This document shows positions 28,990 to 38,271 of a DNA stretch of 64,000 bases, one piece after another. Source of the stretch: a bacterium. Lineage in GTDB: Bacteria > Synergistota > Synergistia > Synergistales > Synergistaceae. The stretch is from positions 3,330-67,329 of the forward strand of contig CAVEUD010000010.1 of assembly GCA_963618995.1 (NCBI GenBank), in the 5' to 3' direction. The notes under the pieces were generated by a model, which made no database searches, had not been told where the DNA came from, and saw only the letters and a program-made list of their open reading frames with translations. Numbering within the stretch: the first letter of the stretch is position 1; the number at the start of each line of letters is the position of its first letter. The position numbers and the translations under genes were made by a program.

Positions 28990-30026
28990 CGCGCCTTCTG
29001 CGCTTAGCGTTCGCCTCGCTCGTCATAGCGGCGTCTGCGGCGCTCGCCGCTTCGCCCGCGCTCTGCGCGGACGCGCCCGAGGTGATAAACAACGACAAGA
29101 CGGTGCTGCATAAAAACTTCTTCGACATCCCCGTCGCGCTCGTCCCGAAGATGGGCTACAACTTTGAGAAGATCGAGGGCGGCGTCGTGGACAAGAAGCA
29201 GAAGGTTTCGTTCGAAGGCACGCTGCTCCACATGCCGTACTCGCGGCTCATCGACGAAATATCGCACAATGCTCTTAAAAAGGGCGGCATGGAGGTGAAG
29301 TCGCACTTTTCTCTCATCTGGAACGGCTGCCGCGCGGAGCTCATGAAGATATTTGCGGGCGGCCGCGGCGGCACGATAGGCAAGTGGGTGCTCATCGTTG
29401 ACCGCGGGGCCGACAAATGCTGGATGATAAGCGGTTCCTACAACTCGAAAGACATGCGCGCGGCGCAGTTCGTCCTCGACATGATACGCAGCGCATGGTG
29501 GGAAAACGGCAATAATGAAGGCGTATCCGGCTGGCCGCTCTACGGCGGCATAGACCCGAAGGGCACGCCATTCCGCCTCGCTGGATTCCGTCAGGACGCG
29601 CTGATATACACGAAAGACGGCAGAATCCCGACGCAGGCCGCCGACCAGGCGCTCTTCGTGGTATCCTCGGCGGCGCGTGAATATATGACGCCCGAGAAAC
29701 GCGCCGAATTCGCCGTTGCCGAGATAAGAAAGGTTGAACGCGGAGCCGCGCTTGAAATACTTTCGCAGGCGGAAGAGACGATAGGCGGCGCGCCGGCAAT
29801 CGTCATAGCGGCGAAGACGAAGGACAAAACGCAGGCGCTGATATTCCAAGCCGCGCTATTTCACGGGCAGCGCGTGACGATGCTCGTCGGGATAGCGCGC
29901 GGCGAGACGGACGCGAATCTCGCGCACTTTCATAAGCTCGCCTCGACATACTCTGAAAGTCCCGCCGCTAAAAACGCCGTCCCTGAGGCGCTGAAACGCA
30001 TAGCCGCGGCGGCTTCGAGAGGCTAA
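28986..30026 (+). CDS. Secreted hypothetical protein
   Basis: 346 aa, Ala-rich signal peptide; overlaps the upstream stop (GTGA). Confidence 0.7.
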   Translation: MTRLLRLAFASLVIAASAALAASPALCADAPEVINNDKTVLHKNFFDIPVALVPKMGYNFEKIEGGVVDKKQKVSFEGTLLHMPYSRLIDEISHNALKKGGMEVKSHFSLIWNGCRAELMKIFAGGRGGTIGKWVLIVDRGADKCWMISGSYNSKDMRAAQFVLDMIRSAWWENGNNEGVSGWPLYGGIDPKGTPFRLAGFRQDALIYTKDGRIPTQAADQALFVVSSAAREYMTPEKRAEFAVAEIRKVERGAALEILSQAEETIGGAPAIVIAAKTKDKTQALIFQAALFHGQRVTMLVGIARGETDANLAHFHKLASTYSESPAAKNAVPEALKRIAAAASRG

Positions 30027-30104
30027 AAATAATAGAGCGCCGCCGCAACGCGGCGTATGACGGCAAAAATGGAAAAGACCGCAAGATTATGATAGGAGCA
30101 GAAA

Positions 30105-31247
30105 ATGATGAAAAAGCTCATATCCGCAATGCTCGCGCTGCTAATGCTTGCGTCCGCGGCGATGGCGAACCTCGGGCCTCCGCCGAGGCGCGACGGTCCG
30201 GGGCCTGGCAGAGGCCCGGCAGTGCGTCCGAATCCAGCGCCGCCTCGTCCCGCGCCGCGGCCTGGCGTACAGCGACCGCCAAGGCCGCGCCCCGAGCCGA
30301 GGCCCGGAGTGCAGCGTCCTCCGCGCCCGGCGCCGCCGAGGCCAGGCGACAGGCACCCTGGCATACACCGCCCGCCGGGACAGCGCCCAGGAGGGCCGCC
30401 GCCGCGTCCTATGCCTCCGATAAGGCCGGGACACCGCCTGCCGCCTCCTCCGCCACCGCCGCCGCGCTGCTACCATAGGTACCATCACTGGCATGACGAC
30501 TGGTTCTTCGGCGGACTGGGAATAGGGCTGATAATAGGCGCGCTCTCGAACAGCGGCTCAAGCGGCTGCAGCGCTCAGCGTGACTGCGAGCGCCGCGCCG
30601 AAGAAGTGCGCCGCGCCGCGCGCGAGACGGCCGACATGCAGAGCGCCCACCTAGTCGAGATAATATCGCGCATAGGCTCGCAGTCCGCGCTCTACGAGCT
30701 CAACGAATACTGGCAGGCGCAGGGGCAGACCACGTCGCTCGACACCGGCGACCCGGTGCGTTCGCTCAGAGTCTCCGGCTTCCGGGAGGATCTGACGATA
30801 GTCTACTGGCTTGACCGCGCCGTCGGCGAAGAGACGGTGACCGTCTCGGCCCCGGCCTACAACGTCTCCGAAAGCGCGAGCGCGCGCTACAGAGAGCCGC
30901 AGGGGATGGAAGCGCAGCCTTCGCTCCGCGCGCAGCCGCCTGCGCCTAAGCCCAAGCCGCCGCATAAAATGGCGGGCGCATTCGGACGCCTCGGCTTCAC
31001 GCTCGACGAAAACGCGCGCACGCCCAAGGGCCATCTGATAGTGCAGAGCGTAGATCCATCCTCAGTCGCCGCCCACACCGGCATGGCGAAAGGCGCGACG
31101 CTCTACAGCATAGACGGCGACACCACCGCGCAGGTCAGCGTCGAACAGCTCTGCGCGTTCATAGAACGCCGCGCCGCAGCTGGAGCCTCCGTCAAACTAG
31201 TTTTCTCGGACGGCGGAAAGCAAAAGACGGTAAAAATGCAGCTCTAG
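30105..31247 (+). CDS. Secreted proline-rich protein with C-terminal PDZ-like domain
   Basis: Signal peptide; Pro/Arg/Gly region with RPGVQRPPRP twice; His-rich patch; GGLGIGLIIGAL; C-terminal LGFTL...VQSVDPSSVAAHTGM..G..LYSIDG. Confidence 0.7.
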   Translation: MMKKLISAMLALLMLASAAMANLGPPPRRDGPGPGRGPAVRPNPAPPRPAPRPGVQRPPRPRPEPRPGVQRPPRPAPPRPGDRHPGIHRPPGQRPGGPPPRPMPPIRPGHRLPPPPPPPPRCYHRYHHWHDDWFFGGLGIGLIIGALSNSGSSGCSAQRDCERRAEEVRRAARETADMQSAHLVEIISRIGSQSALYELNEYWQAQGQTTSLDTGDPVRSLRVSGFREDLTIVYWLDRAVGEETVTVSAPAYNVSESASARYREPQGMEAQPSLRAQPPAPKPKPPHKMAGAFGRLGFTLDENARTPKGHLIVQSVDPSSVAAHTGMAKGATLYSIDGDTTAQVSVEQLCAFIERRAAAGASVKLVFSDGGKQKTVKMQL

Positions 31248-31311
31248 CCGAAATAGTACAAAGCTATTGCAACAACGGCCCGCCGCATGGTAAACTAACG
31301 AAGCTGTAAGC

Positions 31312-31388
<77 letters not shown>

Positions 31389-31477
31389 TAAAAAAGCTAG
31401 TAATAGCAAGGGTTTTCGGCACTTCACCGGAAACCCTTGCGCTTAATATATTATGATAGTCAAAAAATCCGCCCCAC

Positions 31478-31748
31478 CTATGACCCGCCAATATTATCGG
31501 CTTCCGGCGACATTATCTCTGTGTCGACGACATCGGCGGCGTCCGCACGCCCCTGCATCATCTCCTCATATACATTACGCGCTATGTCTTCAACCGTTAA
31601 ACGGTTAAACTCGGCTATTTTCGCCGCGCGCGCCGACGCCTGCAACACCGGCTCCAACATCCGCCGCTCGTACCCGCCCGCCTTGCATACGTCCGAGACT
31701 TGGGCGGGCGTAAGGCCATGTGTAATTAACCGCCGCCTGAACTTCGCA
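31478..31748 (-). pseudogene. 5'-truncated fragment of an unknown gene
   Basis: Open frame ...RRRLITHGLTPAQVSDVCKAGGYERRMLEPVLQ...DNIGGS* with no credible start or RBS; abuts the gspG fragment. Confidence 0.4.
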
Positions 31749-31749
31749 G

Positions 31750-31965
31750 GGGGTGGAGGCGCTGGTGACCAAGCCCATGACGCCGCCTGAGCCGCTCAAC
31801 TACGCCGAAGACGGCTACATGAAGAAAATGCCGAAAGACGCATGGGGTCGTGATTTTATATATGTCTGCCCAGGCGAGCACGGGGACTATGACATTATGT
31901 CCTACGGGGCAGACGGCCAGGAAGACGGTGATGGTGCGGCTGCGGATATAACGAACCGGGAGTAA
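31750..31965 (+). pseudogene. gspG: C-terminal fragment of type II secretion major pseudopilin GspG
   Basis: EALVTKP..PPEP.NY...GYMKKMPKDAWG.DFIY..PGEHGDYDIMSYGADG..DG.G..ADI is the GspG C-terminus. The prepilin N-terminus is absent. Confidence 0.85.
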
Positions 31966-32121
31966 ATCTGAACTTAGTCAAGATAGGGCGAGGAGTGCCT
32001 GTAATGCGGGCACTCCATGGTGTTGTACTTGTTTTTAATTGTTTAACAGCAATTTAGTTTTGTAAATTATTATAACTTGACAAAAAAACATGTATATTGT
32101 ATTATGCGTTTGAGTTAACTA

Positions 32122-32251
32122 GCAGACGTACGGGAATCAGGTTAAAAACCTGAGCGGCCCCGCCACTGTAACCGTGACGAAGCGCAGAGCCACTGAAAAC
32201 GTTCGGGAAGGCGCGCAAGTAGGATGAACGGAAGCCAGGAGACCGGTCTGC
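32122..32251 (+). ncRNA. Cobalamin riboswitch 1 (own promoter at 32077-32105; terminator at 32335-32360)
   Basis: GGGAA...GCCCCGCCACTGTAA...GCCACTG...GGGAAGGC...B12 box AGCCAGGAGACCGG; closing stem GCAGAC/GTCTGC. Confidence 0.93.
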
Positions 32252-32401
32252 AAGTCTGAAACGGCTGGCTCTGCGCGGGCGGAGGCTGTGCCGGTGCGGA
32301 GTGAGGATGTGAACCTTGCCGCAGGATGTTTGACGACCGCCCGAGGGCGGTTATTTTTTTGCCCGCGCGCTGCGCAAGCGGCGTTATCGCGAAAGGAGGC
32401 G

Positions 32402-32557
32402 ATGTACGGTCCTCGCGCGAAGACGAATTCGCCGGTGCAAACGAGGACGGAAATCGTAAATGCGTATGCGAAACATATCCAGATAAAATACCACACTTTT
32501 CCTTCGTCCGATTCTCTCAGTCAGGACTATAATAAGCGCTTCGGACGAAGGGTCTAA
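32402..32557 (+). other. 51-codon ORF behind riboswitch 1 (small protein or gene remnant)
   Basis: Strong RBS AAAGGAGG then ATG; MYGPRAKTNSPVQTRTEIVNAYAKH...; no recognisable family. Confidence 0.35.
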
Positions 32558-32728
32558 AAGCTATCTATGGGGGTCCTCCGCCAGGTTTCCTCATGTCAGA
32601 TAGATGCGTTACCATTTTCTGCGCGGCTCGGAGTCCCTTACTCCGAGCCTCATTTTTTCGAAATATTTGATGTGTTGACGAGAGAACGTACCTTGGTGTA
32701 TCATCACGCCAAAGATGAATATGAATAA

Positions 32729-32861
32729 CGCAGATGTTCGGGAATCAAGTGCAAATCTTGAACGGCCCCGCCACTGTGACCGTGACGAAGCGCAGAGCCA
32801 CTGAAGTTTCTTTGGGAAGGCGCGCAAGTAGGATGAACGGAAGCCAGGAGACCGGTCTGCG
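32729..32861 (+). ncRNA. Cobalamin riboswitch 2, near-duplicate of riboswitch 1 (promoter 32675-32704; terminator 32943-32970)
   Basis: Same conserved elements; long identical blocks with riboswitch 1 (CCGTGACGAAGCGCAGAGCCACTGAA; GGGAAGGCGCGCAAGTAGGATGAACGGAAGCCAGGAGACCGGTCTGC). Confidence 0.93.
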
Positions 32862-33549
32862 GGAGTTGAGAGACAATCTCTGCGCGGGCGGAGGTTGTCA
32901 GATGTTTTTGGAAAGCAGGATTCTAATCGCGTCGTTTGTCTCATAAGGCCGCCCGCAGGCGGCCTTATTTGTGTCCATAGTTTTATTATGATGGGAGGGC
33001 GCGCTGCGGACGGTTCGGATGGAAGATTGGACGGTCACGTGCGGGTTTCGTTTGACGAATTCGCCGCGCGGCAGGATAGGACAAAATGCCGAACTCGTAA
33101 AATTCCGCGCAACTATAGAAAAAGCGCGGCGGAAGGGAGCGTTGCGCCGAAGACTGCGGCCAAAGCCGTGATAGCCGCGAAGGAGACTTTCCTTTTCCGC
33201 AGCCCCGGCGAAACATAATGGAACGTGCGGCATCCGGCGCCGGGTGCGGCACGAAAAACACAACCGGTAAAATCATCCGGCCCAACAAAGTCTGTCTGCG
33301 GGTTTCCCGATCACCCGTCCAAGATAGAGATACATTCCTTTCAGAGGCGGCTCCGGCGTAATATCCGGAGCCGCTTACATAATATGCAGTAAGGTCGGAT
33401 GTTTTACTTAAAATTCTACGCTACAGTTTATTTGTTTTATGCCATGCTTGTTTCTTGACAAGAATGAAAGTAACCGATATTCTTGGCAAAGACCATTCGC
33501 CAATATCTTACGGTAACTTTTGGGGTTATGGTTCTGAAATTATATATAA

Positions 33550-33688
33550 CTTCACGATGATAGGGAATTCGGTTGAAAACCGAGGCGGCCCCTGCCACCG
33601 TAATCGTGACGAAACCGCTTTATGCCATTGCAGTATGCGAGAAGGCGCGGGAGTAGAATGAACGAGAGCCGGGAGACCTGTCGTGAAG
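33550..33688 (+). ncRNA. Cobalamin riboswitch 3 in the btuB leader, probably translational
   Basis: AGGGAA...GCCCCTGCCACCGTAA...GCCATTG...GAGAAGGC...AGCCGGGAGACCTG; stem CTTCACGA/TCGTGAAG. 33718-33729 can pair with 33790-33801, covering the SD. Confidence 0.9.
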
Positions 33689-33801
33689 GATTTGGCTTCA
33701 ATGCACAGAGGGCGTATGACGGCGGCTTTGCGTGAATAGGTTAGCGGAAGGCGCGTCGGCGTCCCTCTGCTTAATTATTTACGGTACAGGAGGTCGCCGT
33801 C

Positions 33802-35826
33802 TTGAAGTTGAGAATTATACGTCTAATTTTTGTAGTTATTATAACAAGCCTACTTATAGCACCCCCTCCCCTTAATTATAAAATATTTATAACAAAAGCA
33901 TGTTCAGCAACCGAAACGACCGATTTGCCGGAAGAAACGGTTGAGGCAGGCGCCGTAGTTGAGGCAGGCGCTGATGATGGGAAGCTTATGTTGTCTCCCG
34001 GCACAGTAACGGTAATCCGCCCGCAGGAAATGAAGGGCGAACAAAAAAATCTACCGGAGCTGCTTAAACAAGTTCCTGGACTGCACGTCATGGAACTGAA
34101 AGGGCGCGGCGCGTACACTACAGCCTCCGTGCGCGGCAGTACGTCTTCGCAGGTTGCCGTTTACGTGGACGGTATTCTGATGAATTTAGGCAGCGAATCA
34201 GCTGTGGATCTTTCTACAATTCCAGTTGAGAATGTAGAGAAAATAGAAGTTTATAGAGGATATATACCTGCGCGTTTCGGCGGAGCCTCGATGGGCGGCG
34301 TCATCAACATTGTTACGACCGCCCCTCAAAAGGCCGGCGGTTCACTCAATGCAGGAATCGGTTCGTACGGGCGCTTTCGCAGCGGCTTTACATATAATAT
34401 GCCGCTCGGCGGCGGCGCGCTTCTTGCCTCTGCAAATTACGACCGCACAGACGGTGATTTCGATTACTGGAACGACAATAATACGCCGTATACTCCTAAT
34501 GACGATTACAAAACAAATAGACAAAACAACGGTTACAAAAACTCTGACGTTCTTGTCAAATGGAGCGACGACAACTGGACGATACAAGGCGGCTGGAAGC
34601 GAAACGACCGTGAACTGCCATACTCCGCCCCCGGTGCGGACAAGCCTGACAGCCCCCGCGGGGCGCATCAGGTAATGGACCAGTGGAACGCTGTCGTTTC
34701 ACGCAGGGATGAAATTGGCGACTTGAATTATGGGATTCGCTTTGAATACCTTTATCAGACGAAGGAATATGACGACCCTGACAACATGTTGGGCGGCTGG
34801 GGTGACCAGCATAACAAATACGAAACGCGGCGTTTCGGAGCGGCTTTTGATGGCTCTCTACCTCTCGGTGAACGCCATATGCTTGAATTTTTCTGGAATT
34901 ATTACAATGAAGAACTTCATACCAAAGGCGATGTGATCGCTCTTGGAGGAAAAGAAAAACACACGAACGATACATGGAACGGACAAATTCAAGATACGAT
35001 CAGCCTGAATGACAGAGGAGACTTTTGGCTTACTCCAATTATTAGATGGAACTCTGCCGAAGGGGAAACAGAATTTTCATGGGGTGCGGCGCTTACGAAA
35101 CAATTTGCCGGCGGATGGACTGTTAAGCTGAGTGGCGGAACATACAACAGAGCGCCGAATATGTATGAATTATATGGCGATGGCGCATTTATAGTTGCGA
35201 ATGAAAGTCTGGAATGGGAAGAAGGACGGCAGTATGACGCCTCGGTCGCGTGGAAAGGCAATGCTTCGGACGTAGAAATTACGGCGGAACTAACATATTT
35301 CTACAGAAAATCAGATAATCTTATCGACTACGTAATGACTAACCCACGCTACGCCAAATATGTGAACATAGGTAAGGCCGAAGTCTCCGGCCTTGAATTT
35401 GAAGCTACTGCTAAACGAGGTAAATGGGATGCGTATTTGTCCGCCACATATATGGACGCTAAAAATAAAACCCCTGGATATATGTATGACGAGCCGCTTC
35501 CGAACCGCCCTAAATGGGAAGCTCTCTTACGCGTCAGCAGAAAAATACTGAAAGAAGATCGGGGCGCAATATTCGCGGAACTACATTATATCGGCGAAAA
35601 TTACTATGATATGCAGAGTGAAGTCGGATGGGGCGACTTTACTGCATTCGGCATAGGTTTCAAATATCAGATAAACGATTCACTCAAACTTGTCGCCGGC
35701 ATTGACGATCTTTTCAACGCAGGACCTGACGTGCTGCTTTTTGCGACAGGGAACGGCCCTGAACGGACTCTGTGGTATCCGATACAGGGGCGTACGTTCT
35801 ACGCGACGCTTATCTGGACGTTTTAA
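33802..35826 (+). CDS. btuB: TonB-dependent outer-membrane receptor, cobalamin (BtuB-like)
   Basis: Plug motifs LLKQVPG, VRG, VYVDG, VEKIEVYRG...GGVINI; terminal aromatic (IWTF); B12 riboswitch upstream. Confidence 0.9.
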   Translation: MKLRIIRLIFVVIITSLLIAPPPLNYKIFITKACSATETTDLPEETVEAGAVVEAGADDGKLMLSPGTVTVIRPQEMKGEQKNLPELLKQVPGLHVMELKGRGAYTTASVRGSTSSQVAVYVDGILMNLGSESAVDLSTIPVENVEKIEVYRGYIPARFGGASMGGVINIVTTAPQKAGGSLNAGIGSYGRFRSGFTYNMPLGGGALLASANYDRTDGDFDYWNDNNTPYTPNDDYKTNRQNNGYKNSDVLVKWSDDNWTIQGGWKRNDRELPYSAPGADKPDSPRGAHQVMDQWNAVVSRRDEIGDLNYGIRFEYLYQTKEYDDPDNMLGGWGDQHNKYETRRFGAAFDGSLPLGERHMLEFFWNYYNEELHTKGDVIALGGKEKHTNDTWNGQIQDTISLNDRGDFWLTPIIRWNSAEGETEFSWGAALTKQFAGGWTVKLSGGTYNRAPNMYELYGDGAFIVANESLEWEEGRQYDASVAWKGNASDVEITAELTYFYRKSDNLIDYVMTNPRYAKYVNIGKAEVSGLEFEATAKRGKWDAYLSATYMDAKNKTPGYMYDEPLPNRPKWEALLRVSRKILKEDRGAIFAELHYIGENYYDMQSEVGWGDFTAFGIGFKYQINDSLKLVAGIDDLFNAGPDVLLFATGNGPERTLWYPIQGRTFYATLIWTF

Positions 35827-35940
35827 GCGTTTTACCACAGCGTTTGAAGGCGGTGATAGCCGGCATATCACTTAACATTGCGGAGCGTTGTTTTGCGGTC
35901 ATTGGGTATTATGGCGGATTATGAAAGGATTGATGAAAAA

Positions 35941-37227
35941 ATGAAACGCAGAATTTACACGGCGATTATATTCATGTTGCTTTCGGTGTTCTGTATAACT
36001 TCCATTGCGTCTGCTGATCTGCTCTATACGAGAGGGGATCAGACCAACTCGAACACGGCGCTGGGGATAATACAAGGCGACGGCGCCCCCGTCAGCCCGC
36101 TTGTGAGCAACATGGGGGGCAGCTCTGGGCAGGGTATATATCAGTTCACGGATGCAAACGGAGAATCGCGTGTGGCGATCTCTCTGTACGATAGAGGAGC
36201 GCCCGACGTAATCAACATATATAACCCCGGCGCGGCTTCCAGCTGGCAGAGCGAGTCTGCGTGGAACGCGCCGACTGAGGTTACGACGTCGTTGCTCAAT
36301 ACCCGCAGGATTATCTCTTCCGGTCCTTATCTCTACGGGGTGTCCTACGATAACTATTCCGTGAACAGGATGTCCGTCTCAGGCAATGGATACACCGAGG
36401 ATAGAAGCAAAGAATACGCAGAGTCGGGCAAATATACGCACGGCGAAGCGCTTGTCGCATACGACGGCAGCCTGTACGCCATCTTCTCCATATCTTCGGC
36501 CATGTATAGTGGATATTCTGCCAACAAATTGATAAAATTTGATGAAGAGCTCAACATTGTGCAAAAAGTGGAGATGGAGGGAAAGAACCTGGACGGAGGC
36601 TCGGCTGGAGCCTACACTCTGTCCGGCAATAAGCTCTACGTCGCGACGCTCGGCGGCGTACAACCGATGTTTGGCACAGATTGGAACCCGGAATCAAGCA
36701 TTGAGATAGTAAACCTCGAAGATATGACGATAACGCAGCCGGTAACAGCCCGGGCCGTGAACAGCGAAGATCCGACCTTCAAGCACATGTTCAATGCAGT
36801 CGTCATAGCTGGCGATAAAGTCTACATTCAGGCTACAAAATGGGAGTCATCCTCATCATATGAAGGTGGCGGCAGCATACGTATTTACGAAACAACAAAG
36901 AGCGCGCTGGCCTCCGGCGACTTGGGCGAGATGATCAAAGAATTTACGCCAGATGAGGGCTGGTTGTCCGGCATGCTCTACGACGCTGAGAACGAAGCGC
37001 TTTGGTGCGGCGTCGGTTACGATCTATGGCGCTATGATGGCAGCGAATGGAAGCCGTACGATCAAAATGCGCTCGGAGGAAATATAAACAAGTTCGCGAC
37101 CATTATAAATGTTGACCCGGCTCCAGCTCCTTCGAATGGAGGCGGCGGTGGATGCAACGGCGGTTTTGGCGCGCTTGCGCTGATAGCTGTTGCGTTTGTA
37201 CCTATGGCAAGACGCATGAAGAAGTAA
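35941..37227 (+). CDS. Synergist-CTERM sorting domain surface protein, beta-propeller-like
   Basis: Signal peptide; repeated blade-like segments (GPYLYGV, DGSLYAI, GNKLYVA, GDKVYIQ, NEALWCG); C-terminus GGGGGCNGGFGALALIAVAFVPMARRMKK. Confidence 0.85.
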   Translation: MKRRIYTAIIFMLLSVFCITSIASADLLYTRGDQTNSNTALGIIQGDGAPVSPLVSNMGGSSGQGIYQFTDANGESRVAISLYDRGAPDVINIYNPGAASSWQSESAWNAPTEVTTSLLNTRRIISSGPYLYGVSYDNYSVNRMSVSGNGYTEDRSKEYAESGKYTHGEALVAYDGSLYAIFSISSAMYSGYSANKLIKFDEELNIVQKVEMEGKNLDGGSAGAYTLSGNKLYVATLGGVQPMFGTDWNPESSIEIVNLEDMTITQPVTARAVNSEDPTFKHMFNAVVIAGDKVYIQATKWESSSSYEGGGSIRIYETTKSALASGDLGEMIKEFTPDEGWLSGMLYDAENEALWCGVGYDLWRYDGSEWKPYDQNALGGNINKFATIINVDPAPAPSNGGGGGCNGGFGALALIAVAFVPMARRMKK

Positions 37228-37253
37228 AATTACAGCCGTAAATGGCGTAATGT

Positions 37254-37296
37254 GGGCCGTCCGGCAAGCGAATATGCTCTCGGACGGCCTTTTTAT
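37254..37296 (+). terminator. Internal terminator-like hairpin between the CTERM gene and the ABC genes
   Basis: GGCCGTCCG...CGGACGGCC followed by TTTTTAT. Confidence 0.6.
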
Positions 37297-37338
37297 AAAA
37301 GAATTTCCTAGCTCGCGCCGCAGCAACTTTCTGGGAGG

Positions 37339-38271
37339 ATGCTATCTTTGCGGAAATTAGTCAGAACTTTCTTCCTTTTATCGTTGTTCCTTGTATGCGC
37401 AACTGTGCCGGCTGCCGCTTCCCCCCGCAGAATCGTCTCTCTGAGTCCGGTCGGAACTGAGATTTTGTATATGCTTGGCCAGGAAGCGAACATCATCGGC
37501 GTTACTGATTTCTGCGACTACCCGCCTGAAGCTCGCCGAAAGCCTAAAGTCGGCGGATTTACAGATATTTCCCTCGAATATCTGCTTTCAACAAACGCAG
37601 ACTTGATTGTCCTTCAGGATATTCACAAAGAGCTGGCCTCAAAGCTCTCGCGCCTCAATTTGCCGTATGTGATAGCCAGGCAAGGACGGCTCGAGGATAT
37701 ATATCAGTCTATATCAACAATCGGCAGGGCGTGCTTCAAAGAGGAGCTCGCGAAACGGCGTATATCTGAGATTGAAGCGTCTGTTGCAGAAATAGCCGAA
37801 AAAGCCTCGAGGTTTCCGAAGAAGCGCGTCCTTTTATGCGTTTCACGCGAAATCAGCGAACCGAGGATATCGCTTTTCTACGCCGCCGGCGGCAAAACCT
37901 TTTATGATGAGCTGATAACGCTCGCGGGCGGGCAAAACGTACTCAAAGACGCAGAAGCGGCCTACCCGCGCGTATCCGCGGAAGGGCTGATTACGCTCGC
38001 GCCGGAGGTGATAATCGACCTCGTTGGCGACAGCGCCTACTATCACGCTTCTGGCAATATAGACAATGAACTCGTATTCTCCGAAGAGCGCCTTGTGGAA
38101 CAGTGGAAAAGCGCGCCACAGGTAGAGGCTGTCAGCGAAGGCCGTATAACGATACTACGCGGTACCGTATTCCTCCGCCCAGGGCCGAGGATCCACGAAA
38201 TACTCAAAGCCTTCGCCGCTGCGATACACCCGGAAGAACAATGGCAGACACTGATAAAGCCGTCGAAGTGA
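37339..38271 (+). CDS. btuF: Cobalamin ABC transporter substrate-binding protein (BtuF-like)
   Basis: RIVSLSP..TEILY.LG, GVTDFCDYP, LRPGPRI; helical-backbone metal receptor family. Confidence 0.88.
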   Translation: MLSLRKLVRTFFLLSLFLVCATVPAAASPRRIVSLSPVGTEILYMLGQEANIIGVTDFCDYPPEARRKPKVGGFTDISLEYLLSTNADLIVLQDIHKELASKLSRLNLPYVIARQGRLEDIYQSISTIGRACFKEELAKRRISEIEASVAEIAEKASRFPKKRVLLCVSREISEPRISLFYAAGGKTFYDELITLAGGQNVLKDAEAAYPRVSAEGLITLAPEVIIDLVGDSAYYHASGNIDNELVFSEERLVEQWKSAPQVEAVSEGRITILRGTVFLRPGPRIHEILKAFAAAIHPEEQWQTLIKPSK

